Source of the DNA: Spirochaetaceae bacterium
Lineage (GTDB): Bacteria; Spirochaetota; Spirochaetia; DSM-2461
Direction: 5' to 3'
NCBI GenBank assembly: GCA_965224705.1
Contig: OZ245056.1
Location: 2,688,001-2,752,000, forward strand
DNA length: 64,000 bases
Of this stretch, positions 10,012-17,890 are shown one piece after another (the stretch's first letter is position 1; each line of letters opens with the position of its first letter). Position numbers and translations under genes: made by a program. The notes beneath the pieces were generated by a model, which was not told where the DNA came from, searched no databases, and saw nothing but the letters and a program-made list of their open reading frames with translations.

Positions 10012-10563
10012 ATGACTGAGAATTGTATTAACCGTTTAATCATTATGCTCCTCCTGCTTGGATTCAACCTGGCTGTTACTCCCGCCCAGGAATCCGGGAA
10101 ACCCCTGCCGCGAGATTACAGGAGTATTGGACTCGGCATGCCGGTCGGGGAAGTCAAGGATTTACTGTCAAGGGATCCATGGTTTACCTACAGAGGTGAG
10201 GAATCAGTCAGTCTGCTTGAAAGACCGGGAGCTTCCCTGATCGAAGCTGGCGGTTCATTATTCATTCTGCGGGGACTTTTTCATTTTGAAGATGATAAAC
10301 TGGCTTCCATTATATTGGAATTAAATCCTGCGGCGATAGACTGGTATACTGTGTATACGAACCTTGAGGAGAAATACAAAGTTCCCCTTGAAATGAATCC
10401 AAGAAAGGTATGGTGGGAGGATGGATCGACCCGCATGGCATTGGAACGTCCCCTCACAGTGAAATATCTGGACCTGCAGGTCTTTGATGCAGTTCAGGAG
10501 GATGAAACAGACCGAATCGCATGGAGGGAAAGTGCCAGACAGGAATTTATTGATGAATTTTAG
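10012..10563 (+). CDS. Hypothetical exported protein
   Basis: Signal peptide 'LIIMLLLLGFNLAVTPA'; 183 aa ORF in a co-oriented run. Confidence 0.7.
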   Translation: MTENCINRLIIMLLLLGFNLAVTPAQESGKPLPRDYRSIGLGMPVGEVKDLLSRDPWFTYRGEESVSLLERPGASLIEAGGSLFILRGLFHFEDDKLASIILELNPAAIDWYTVYTNLEEKYKVPLEMNPRKVWWEDGSTRMALERPLTVKYLDLQVFDAVQEDETDRIAWRESARQEFIDEF

Positions 10564-11338
10564 GAGTCTGTCGGACTTACGCCTCACGGCTCGATTTTTG
10601 CCCTTTTTTCCTGCTGCTGCGTTGCCAAAATACTCACGTAGCCCAGCTACGCTCCGTTTTTGTCGCCTTGCATCAGGAAAAAATCATCAAAAATCGCCTC
10701 GAAGACTCAAAGTCCGGCAGACTCCTGGGAGCCTGTCGGACTTACGCCTCACGGTTCGATTTTTGCCCTTTTTTCCCGCTGCTGCGTTGCCAAAATGCTC
10801 ACGTAGCCCAGCTACGCTCCGTTTTTGTCGCCTTGCATCAGGAAAAAATCATCAAAAATCGCCTCGAAGACTCAAAGTCCGGCAGACTCCTGGGAGCCTG
10901 CAGATTTCTGGAAGATTCTCTCCATGTGTTTATATTCTTATGGCCGTTCTTATTTCCTGCGGAACCCCGCTGTCAACACAGGAAATCATTGTCGGCGGGC
11001 ACACTCTCAGTGTGGATATTGCGGACACTCAAGAACTTCGCAGCAAAGGACTCATGAACCGCCGCAGTTTACCTGATAATAAAGGCATGCTTTTTGTGTT
11101 TGAGTCTGAATCAAAACCATCCTTCTGGATGAAAGACACAACGATTCCCCTGTCAATAGCATTCATAGCAGCCAATGGAATGATACGTCAGATTGATAGG
11201 CTGGAACCATTATCACTGGAGTCGGTTGTATCAAGGAGAACTGTCCTTTATGCCCTTGAGGTCAACCGCGGATGGTTTGAGGAGAGAAATATTACTCCCG
11301 GGGATATGGTTCAATTTCAGGAGTCCCTCCGCCGTTAG
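10553..11338 (+). CDS. DUF192-family lipoprotein with an in-frame repeat insertion in its N-terminus
   Basis: 'ADT...R.KGLM.R..L....GMLFVF......FWMKDTTIPLSIAFI', 'YALEVNRGWF'; alternative start at ATG 10940. Confidence 0.85.
   Translation: MNFRSLSDLRLTARFLPFFPAAALPKYSRSPATLRFCRLASGKNHQKSPRRLKVRQTPGSLSDLRLTVRFLPFFPAAALPKCSRSPATLRFCRLASGKNHQKSPRRLKVRQTPGSLQISGRFSPCVYILMAVLISCGTPLSTQEIIVGGHTLSVDIADTQELRSKGLMNRRSLPDNKGMLFVFESESKPSFWMKDTTIPLSIAFIAANGMIRQIDRLEPLSLESVVSRRTVLYALEVNRGWFEERNITPGDMVQFQESLRR
10561..10900 (+). repeat. Two tandem 165-bp copies of a palindromic MITE/REP-like element plus a 10-bp start of a third
   Basis: Units start at 10561, 10726 and 10891; terminal IR ggagtctgtcggactt/aagtccggcagactcc; nested inner IRs cgatttttg/caaaaatcg, ttttttcctg/caggaaaaaa, cgtagc/gctacg. 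Confidence 0.95.
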
Positions 11339-11524
11339 TCTCCGGTGAATTGACAAGCTGATAAACCTTCCTCTCATAGCCCTGCAGCTCTTCTTCAAGA
11401 TCCCGGGATATGGATGATCCTTCGTCAAATAGAGTCATAACTTCTTCCAGGGGGACCTCCCTGTCCCTCATCTTTTCAGCGATTTCCTCTAACCGCAGCA
11501 GCCGCTTTTCAAATCCTTCCATCA
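11292..11524 (-). CDS. xseB: Exodeoxyribonuclease VII small subunit (start approximate)
   Basis: 'FEKRLLRLEEIAEKM....VPLEE...LFDEG'; follows xseA. Confidence 0.88.
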
Positions 11525-12741
11525 TTTCCAATCTCCCTTTGATCGGTTTCAATAACTCTGGCCGAAACTTCATCCTCACTGAACCGTATCCCAATGACAT
11601 CCCCTGCGGTCAGCATTCCGGCCGAATAGATGCCCCTGCTATTCTGTGTAACCCTTGCATAGCCTCTCGCAAGAATGGACTGTGGTGACGCATTTGAAAT
11701 AGTTCCAGAAGCTGAATCCAGTCTTTTACGCAGAATTGCCAGCCGTTCATCCGTCCTCATACAGAGTTGACGGAATGCATCATCACTTTGTCTCAGCGCC
11801 AGTTCAATCCTACTCTTGATAAATGAGTTCATTCGGTCAATTGAACAGTGTTCCAGACGGCGGTGGGTGTCGGTGATCCGTTGTGAAAGTACATCGGCAG
11901 CTTCACGGCGAAATCCTCTGACCCGCATCAGGAGATCTTCAGAACGATCACTGACCAGTTCTGCTGCTGCAGAAGGAGTAGCCGCCCTAACATCTGCTGC
12001 AAGGTCGGCCAGACTCACATCAATTTCATGTCCGATACCACAAACGATGGGGATTGGAGATTCAGCAATGCCGCGAACAACAATTTCTTCATTGAATGGC
12101 ATGAGATCCTCCAGAGTTCCACCGCCCCTGGCAAGAATTATCACATCGCCCAGCCTGTAATTCACAGCCCTCTTAAGCTGGTCTGCAATCATTTGTGCTG
12201 CTTCCATTCCCTGGACCGGTGTCGGTAAAATCGTTATCCGGGGTGCGGCTGCCCGCCTGGAAAGCACCTGAAGGATGTCTCTCACAGCGGCACCGGTGGG
12301 GGAGGTTATTACAGCGACTCGCCGGGGGTAGGGAAGCAGGGGACGTTTTCTGTCCTGTTCAAACAATCCTTCCGATGCAAGCTGCTGTTTGCGCTTTTCC
12401 AAAGCCTCCAGCAGAGCCCCGCGTCCAGCTTCCCGTAAGCTGTCAATTATTATCTGATAGCTGCCCCTGGGCGGGTAAACTTCAATTCGTCCCCTAACAA
12501 TAACATTCCTGCCATCAGTCGGCTGAATTCTGATTCCAGCCGCCTGGCCGCGAAACAGAACTGCTGATATCACCGCATGGGAATCCTTAAGAGTGAAGTA
12601 TTGATGTCCGGCACCTGAATGCCGCAGATTTGAAATCTCCCCTTCCACCTCCACCAGTGGGAATGCGGATTGGAGCTGAGTTTTGATGGCATGGGTAAGT
12701 TTACTGACCGACCAGACTGATTGTGTATCATTGTACAGCAT
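11509..12741 (-). CDS. xseA: Exodeoxyribonuclease VII large subunit
   Basis: 'VEGEISN....GHQYFTLKD', 'VITSPTGAAVRD', 'ARGGG..EDL..FNEE', 'GIGHEID', 'TPSAAAE'. Confidence 0.96.
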   Translation of the reverse strand: MLYNDTQSVWSVSKLTHAIKTQLQSAFPLVEVEGEISNLRHSGAGHQYFTLKDSHAVISAVLFRGQAAGIRIQPTDGRNVIVRGRIEVYPPRGSYQIIIDSLREAGRGALLEALEKRKQQLASEGLFEQDRKRPLLPYPRRVAVITSPTGAAVRDILQVLSRRAAAPRITILPTPVQGMEAAQMIADQLKRAVNYRLGDVIILARGGGTLEDLMPFNEEIVVRGIAESPIPIVCGIGHEIDVSLADLAADVRAATPSAAAELVSDRSEDLLMRVRGFRREAADVLSQRITDTHRRLEHCSIDRMNSFIKSRIELALRQSDDAFRQLCMRTDERLAILRKRLDSASGTISNASPQSILARGYARVTQNSRGIYSAGMLTAGDVIGIRFSEDEVSARVIETDQREIGNDGRI

Positions 12742-12953
12742 TTTTTAATTATCCCGATTTTTAACGAATTTGGGAACAGAGGGTTCCGGTTAAATGTTAT
12801 CAACTGTATCATTGTCAGGATCTAATCGCAGCGGATAAGCCTGTCCCGTGAACCGTCATACTGCATGTCAGCAGCCTGGTGACTTACGGCACCGGATACT
12901 TCTCATTGGGACAGACATCTGAAATATCTCTAAATGCGATAATGGGAGAACTC

Positions 12954-14477
12954 ATGGGCAATCTTGCTGTAATTAACATGATTGGACTGACACCGCACGC
13001 TTATGAATCAGTCTTTGGGGGTCCATCATCTTTGAAGCGGGTTATAAAATGGGCAGAAAATACTCCGGATTATCAGGGAATCATATTCCTTAAAGATTCT
13101 GAATTAAAGCTCATTGAGGTTGAAGAGGGGTATTCCGAGGTGATTCAGCGGGACAGCTGGACAGAAACGGAGTTTATAGATGCTCTGCTTGAGGGACTTT
13201 CCAGATCCAGGGAAAAGAATCCAGAGGCTTTATTTCATATATGGGGAGATTGTCCCCTGGTGGATATTGAATTGACGAAGACATTGTGGGAACTGCATTA
13301 CAAGTACGATGCCGAATACACATTCGCTGATGGATATCCCCATGGACTGACCCCGGAAATTCTTTCACCAGGGTTACTGGCCAGGCTTAAACCTCTTGCC
13401 GTTCAGCGCAGCTGCAGCCTGGAAAGGAACAGTATATTTGAAATTCTCAAAAAAGACATCAACGCCTTTGATATTGAAACGCATCTGTCGCCAATAGACC
13501 TGCGAATGGAGAGAGTTTCCATCTCCTGCGATACGGTGCGCAACAGGAACATTACCGAGGACTTATATGCTGCCGGAGGTATTGATGCAGAAACCCTGTG
13601 CCGGGTTATTCCTGAAAATCGCCATTTACTGCGCAATCTCCCCAGTTACTTTCCCATACAGATAACGAACTACTGCCCCCAATCCTGTTCCTACTGTCCA
13701 TTCCCGCAATTTTCAGGAAATCCAATGGAGGGCAGAGATTTTATGGATCTGTCAAAGTTCAATGATCTATGCCGCCGGATTCACGAATTCGCCGACGATG
13801 CTGTTATAGTTCCTTCCCTGTGGGGCGAACCGGCATCTCATCCTCAAATCGGAGAGATGATTCGCCATGCCCTGAGTTTGAGCAGTACAATTCGTGTTTT
13901 GATTGAGACCTCCGGGATTGGCTGGGACAGGAGTTTACTGGCCGATCTTGCCGGGGAATTCAATGCCGGCCGCCTCATGTGGATTGTCAGTCTTGATACG
14001 GCGGATGAAGGCCTGTATCACACACTGCGCGGAGATGGAATGCATGAGGCTGAAAAAATGGCTGAAACCCTGGCAGAACTCTTCGGCCGCCATTGCTGGA
14101 TGCAGGCCGTAAGGATGAATGAAAATGAAGAAGCCCTGGAAGATTTTCATCATAAGTGGAAGGATGTCGGCGGCGGAGTCATAATCCAGAAACATGATTC
14201 ATACTCTGGTTATCTTGAGAATCGTCAACCGGCAGATCTTTCACCATTGGACCGTTTCCCCTGCTGGCATCTCAAGAGGGACATGCCCATATTGATTGAT
14301 GGTACAGTTCCCATCTGCCGTACCGATCTGGGCCGCAGAGAGAATTCAGGGAATGCTTTTGAAGAGGATTTAGAATTGATATGGTCTCGCGGCATGAAAC
14401 TATACCAGGCTCATGTTGAAAAGAAATACCCTGGGCCCTGTGAGAATTGTGATGAGTTCTACACCTTCAATTTCTAA
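12954..14477 (+). CDS. Spiro-SPASM protein: cytidylyltransferase-like N-domain + radical SAM + SPASM/Twitch domain
   Basis: 'GDCPL', 'EYTFADGYPHGL.PE'; CxxxCxxC 'CPQSCSYC'; 'WGEP..HP'; C-terminal 'PCWHL...DG.V.IC..D...GN......IW...CENC'. Confidence 0.88.
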   Translation: MGNLAVINMIGLTPHAYESVFGGPSSLKRVIKWAENTPDYQGIIFLKDSELKLIEVEEGYSEVIQRDSWTETEFIDALLEGLSRSREKNPEALFHIWGDCPLVDIELTKTLWELHYKYDAEYTFADGYPHGLTPEILSPGLLARLKPLAVQRSCSLERNSIFEILKKDINAFDIETHLSPIDLRMERVSISCDTVRNRNITEDLYAAGGIDAETLCRVIPENRHLLRNLPSYFPIQITNYCPQSCSYCPFPQFSGNPMEGRDFMDLSKFNDLCRRIHEFADDAVIVPSLWGEPASHPQIGEMIRHALSLSSTIRVLIETSGIGWDRSLLADLAGEFNAGRLMWIVSLDTADEGLYHTLRGDGMHEAEKMAETLAELFGRHCWMQAVRMNENEEALEDFHHKWKDVGGGVIIQKHDSYSGYLENRQPADLSPLDRFPCWHLKRDMPILIDGTVPICRTDLGRRENSGNAFEEDLELIWSRGMKLYQAHVEKKYPGPCENCDEFYTFNF

Positions 14478-15435
14478 ACAGAGTCACTTGAATGATGTTA
14501 TCTCCTATACAATTCTTGGTGGAGAAACCCTTGACAGAAAAAAAAAGCCTCAGAATGGTTTTTCAATAATACTTCTCAATAACTGTTCCAATCCTTACAG
14601 AACTCCACTTTTTGATGAACTCGAAAAGATGCAGGCGGTGGAAGTATTGTCTATAGAAACAGACCCTTCCCCCAGGGATGTACTCATGTTGATTCAACAT
14701 TATGACAATTTAAGATTCATTATCTTCAAAAAAGGAACGGATACTGGACACCGTCTGGATACAGCATTCAGTGAAGCCCTCTGTAACCACTGCTATGTCA
14801 TATCACCTGACATGCAGGTGAAGCGGCCCGATGCCATGAATCATCTTTTAACCGAAACAATGGAAAGAGAACAGATTTGCACTGTTCCCGTGATTCAAAA
14901 TCTTGACGGAGAAATCCTTCATACAACTGTTGGTCCGATGCCGACCGCTAGAAACAGGTTTCAAGTTCTACCAACAGCTCCTGGGAAACGGGAGACTCCA
15001 ACACTGTTCCCATGGGATTACTACGGGATGTATAACCTGGAAAAGCACAGGAAACTTGGTGGTTTCGATCATTCAATAAAGGAAAGCTGGTGGCAGCTGT
15101 TGGAGTATGGAATGCGAGCCTGGCTATGGGGGGAGAAGCTGTCGACTCATCCTGAACTCAAGATTGGGCTTCTGGTCGACCTGCCATCCGTCAACACATC
15201 ACCGGGGATGGGGTATCGCCGTTTCTATCTGAAAATTCTTGCCGTTCATCGCCGCAATGGTGGCGGCCGCTTGAGTCGTCTGCAATGGTGGGCTTATCTG
15301 ATAAAATCCGGCGACAGGGATCATTCTGCCAGCTCCGATTGGAAAGAAATCCATCACTGGGTAAGGAAAAACAGCCATCGTTATAAACTTGATGCAATGG
15401 AGCTCAGTGAGCATTGGATATGGGAGGAGAGGTGA
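14452..15435 (+). CDS. Glycosyltransferase family 2-like hypothetical protein
   Basis: 'FSIILLN', 'LGGFD..I..WW...EYGMRAWLWG' resemble degenerate GT-A motifs; overlaps the rSAM stop. Confidence 0.6.
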   Translation: MSSTPSISKQSHLNDVISYTILGGETLDRKKKPQNGFSIILLNNCSNPYRTPLFDELEKMQAVEVLSIETDPSPRDVLMLIQHYDNLRFIIFKKGTDTGHRLDTAFSEALCNHCYVISPDMQVKRPDAMNHLLTETMEREQICTVPVIQNLDGEILHTTVGPMPTARNRFQVLPTAPGKRETPTLFPWDYYGMYNLEKHRKLGGFDHSIKESWWQLLEYGMRAWLWGEKLSTHPELKIGLLVDLPSVNTSPGMGYRRFYLKILAVHRRNGGGRLSRLQWWAYLIKSGDRDHSASSDWKEIHHWVRKNSHRYKLDAMELSEHWIWEER

Positions 15436-16112
15436 CGGGGGTTTTTCTCCAGGTTCGGCTTGATTCTACCCGCCTCCCTGACAAGGCCCTGCTAAAACTT
15501 GCCGGGAAGACGGTACTGGAACATACAATGAATGCATTAAGCAGTGTTGAAGCCAGCGTTTTCAGCCTTTTAACAACGGAAGATGCGGCTGAAAGACTGC
15601 GGCCCTATGCTGAAGAAGCAAACTGGAACCTCTTCACCGGTCCGAAAGATGATGTTCTGGCCCGCTACCATTCAGCCGGCAGGAAATTCGGGGTTGATCG
15701 AATTGTCAGGGCAACAGGTGATAATCCTCTGGTTTCGGGGGAAATGGCAAACAGGGCATTGGAACTGGCTTCAAGAACAAAGGCTCACTACACAGGCTTC
15801 GCCAGATTACCCCCGGGCTCAGGAGTTGAAATCCTTGATGTCAGTGCACTGAATGAAGCCTTCTTTGAATCGGTCGATACTTATGAACGGGAGCATGTTT
15901 CTCCATTCATCTATCGCAGACCCCATCGATACAGGATTGAAAAACCGGATGCCCCTGTCGACATGCAGGCTCCTGGAACCCGAATCACCCTGGATACGAT
16001 GGATGATTATCGCTTTCTTTCTTCATTGTTCAATGATTTATACTGCGGAACTCCCCCTGAGCTCACCGCTGTTGTACGATGGCTTAAAAAGAATTCTCCT
16101 CATGAAAGCTGA
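15432..16112 (+). CDS. Acylneuraminate cytidylyltransferase-family protein (SpsF-like)
   Basis: 'QVRLDSTRLPDKAL', 'GPKDDVLARY', 'VRATGDNP', 'REHVSP', 'RITLDT.DDY'; GTG start with GGAGG RBS. Confidence 0.9.
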   Translation: MTGVFLQVRLDSTRLPDKALLKLAGKTVLEHTMNALSSVEASVFSLLTTEDAAERLRPYAEEANWNLFTGPKDDVLARYHSAGRKFGVDRIVRATGDNPLVSGEMANRALELASRTKAHYTGFARLPPGSGVEILDVSALNEAFFESVDTYEREHVSPFIYRRPHRYRIEKPDAPVDMQAPGTRITLDTMDDYRFLSSLFNDLYCGTPPELTAVVRWLKKNSPHES

Positions 16113-17889
16113 TCAACTGTATCTACGGCCGCTGGATGTAAGGGGAAAGGGATCGGGACATTTCAGACGTTCATACAGTCTGGCCTGTGAATTGCATGCC
16201 GCGAACAACCTCCTGTGTACTCTTATTGTGGACAATCCAGATTCATGGGCCCGGGAAATACCCGGATTTCCGGGAGAAATCCATACAGAATCATTTCAAA
16301 ATATCATCCCGGATACACAGAAAACCACTCTCATCCTTTCAGACATGAGAAACACCCCCCTGTTTGAGCTTCAGCACTTCTCCAGATTCGGCATGCCGGT
16401 GCTTCTGGATGATGATGGCCCTTCCAGGCTCTATGCTCCATTCGTTATTGACAGCATACCCGGTCCCCGTCAAAGTGCGGCCAATATTTCATCTGCATCT
16501 TTGCTGAACCTGCCTCCGCCAAAAAGAATGCCGAATCCTGATGGAGAAATTCTCATAAGTTTTGGAGGACAGGACCCCCATGATCTATCTATTCCTGTTC
16601 TGGATTTCCTGATCAATGTCATGAACATAGAAAGAACGCGAATCTCTGTGACTCTTCCTGCCGGAGCATGGCCGGAAGAACCCCGCCCGCTCTACAATGA
16701 CGTAAAGGTTATCGAGGCACCGGAGAATCTCAAAGAGAAACTTCATCAATACGGCATGGTGTTCTGTTCGTTTGGACTGACCGCCTTTGAGGCATTGGCT
16801 GCCGGCTGCGGTGTGATAATGGTCAATCCCGGTCCGTATCATTCAGCACTTTCAGAATTCACAGGCTTCCCCGGAATAACACATACCGATCAAACAGAGA
16901 TGCGCTTAAGCAGGAAACAGAGCAGACGCCTTAAAACATTACTGGGGGATCCTGAGACGTTGATGAAAACATGGAATGGAATATCAAAAAACTACATGGA
17001 CAATGAGGACAGGCAGGAAATGAGTCATCTTATTCAGAGCATAAATGTCGTTACACCTGTATGTGCCGCCTGTGGAGCATTGCTGCCGGAAGTCATTGCC
17101 CGCTTCTGTCATCGCAGTTATTACAGGTGCAGGGAATGCCGTATGCTGGGATTGTACCTCTTTGAAACCAGAGAAGTGAATTATGGACATGATTACTTTG
17201 GTGAGGAATACCGTCAACAATATGGCCGTACATATCTGGAAGATTTTGATACAATCAAGGCCATGGGTCATTCCCGGCTGAGGCTTGTCAAAAAGTATAG
17301 ACCGGAGGGGAGTCTGCTTGATATCGGCTGTGCATTTGGGCCATTTCTTCAAGCCGCAGAGGAGGATGGATTTGAAGTGTACGGCACCGACATATCCGAA
17401 GTTGGAATAAATCACGTAAAAAACGTGCTTGGTTATCCAGTATTACAGGGACAGTTTCCTGCGATAAATCCTGCGGAAGAATTCAATGTTTTGAGTTTTG
17501 ATGTCGTTTCACTCTGGTATGTCATAGAGCATTTTCCCCAGCTTCATCCTGTCCTTTCCTGTTTATCAACAATTATCTCCCCGGGCGGGATACTGGCTTT
17601 TTCAACTCCCAATGCCTCAGGAGTATCAGCCCGGCTTTCATTAACAGATTTCCTGGAGAACAGCCCTGATGATCACTACACTCTATGGTCTCCACGCAGT
17701 GCGAAGCTGTTCCTAAAAAAATACGGCTTCAAAGTACTCCGGACACGGGTAACAGGGCATCATCCCGAACGTTTTTTCAAAGGAGTGGGAAACAGGTCAA
17801 TCCTGTACAGGATCCTCATGATTTTCAGCAAACTCTTCCGCCTTGGCGATACATTTGAAGTCTATGCCATTAAAAAAAATGGGGACTGA
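16102..17889 (+). CDS. Fusion of PseG/SpsG-like GT-B domain, Zn-binding module and class I SAM methyltransferase
   Basis: 'GKGSGHFRRS', 'ISFGGQDP', 'FGLTAFEALAAG'; CAAC...CREC; 'LLDIGCAFGPFL', 'FDVVSLWYVIEHF', 'STPN'. Confidence 0.85.
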   Translation: MKADQLYLRPLDVRGKGSGHFRRSYSLACELHAANNLLCTLIVDNPDSWAREIPGFPGEIHTESFQNIIPDTQKTTLILSDMRNTPLFELQHFSRFGMPVLLDDDGPSRLYAPFVIDSIPGPRQSAANISSASLLNLPPPKRMPNPDGEILISFGGQDPHDLSIPVLDFLINVMNIERTRISVTLPAGAWPEEPRPLYNDVKVIEAPENLKEKLHQYGMVFCSFGLTAFEALAAGCGVIMVNPGPYHSALSEFTGFPGITHTDQTEMRLSRKQSRRLKTLLGDPETLMKTWNGISKNYMDNEDRQEMSHLIQSINVVTPVCAACGALLPEVIARFCHRSYYRCRECRMLGLYLFETREVNYGHDYFGEEYRQQYGRTYLEDFDTIKAMGHSRLRLVKKYRPEGSLLDIGCAFGPFLQAAEEDGFEVYGTDISEVGINHVKNVLGYPVLQGQFPAINPAEEFNVLSFDVVSLWYVIEHFPQLHPVLSCLSTIISPGGILAFSTPNASGVSARLSLTDFLENSPDDHYTLWSPRSAKLFLKKYGFKVLRTRVTGHHPERFFKGVGNRSILYRILMIFSKLFRLGDTFEVYAIKKNGD

Positions 17890-17890
17890 C

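Noticed and set aside
10561..10900. CRISPR array
   Set aside because: The units are 165 bp and near-identical throughout, with no unique spacers and no cas genes in the window
10668..11076. Alternative-frame ORFs through the repeat (129 aa and 83 aa)
   Set aside because: Produced by the stop-poor repeat; no independent coding evidence
12814..12880. Faint SRP RNA-like words (gtcagg...gcagc, ccgtgaacc) in the xseA/rSAM intergenic region
   Set aside because: Lacks the CCGGAAGG tetraloop stem and a long enclosing helix
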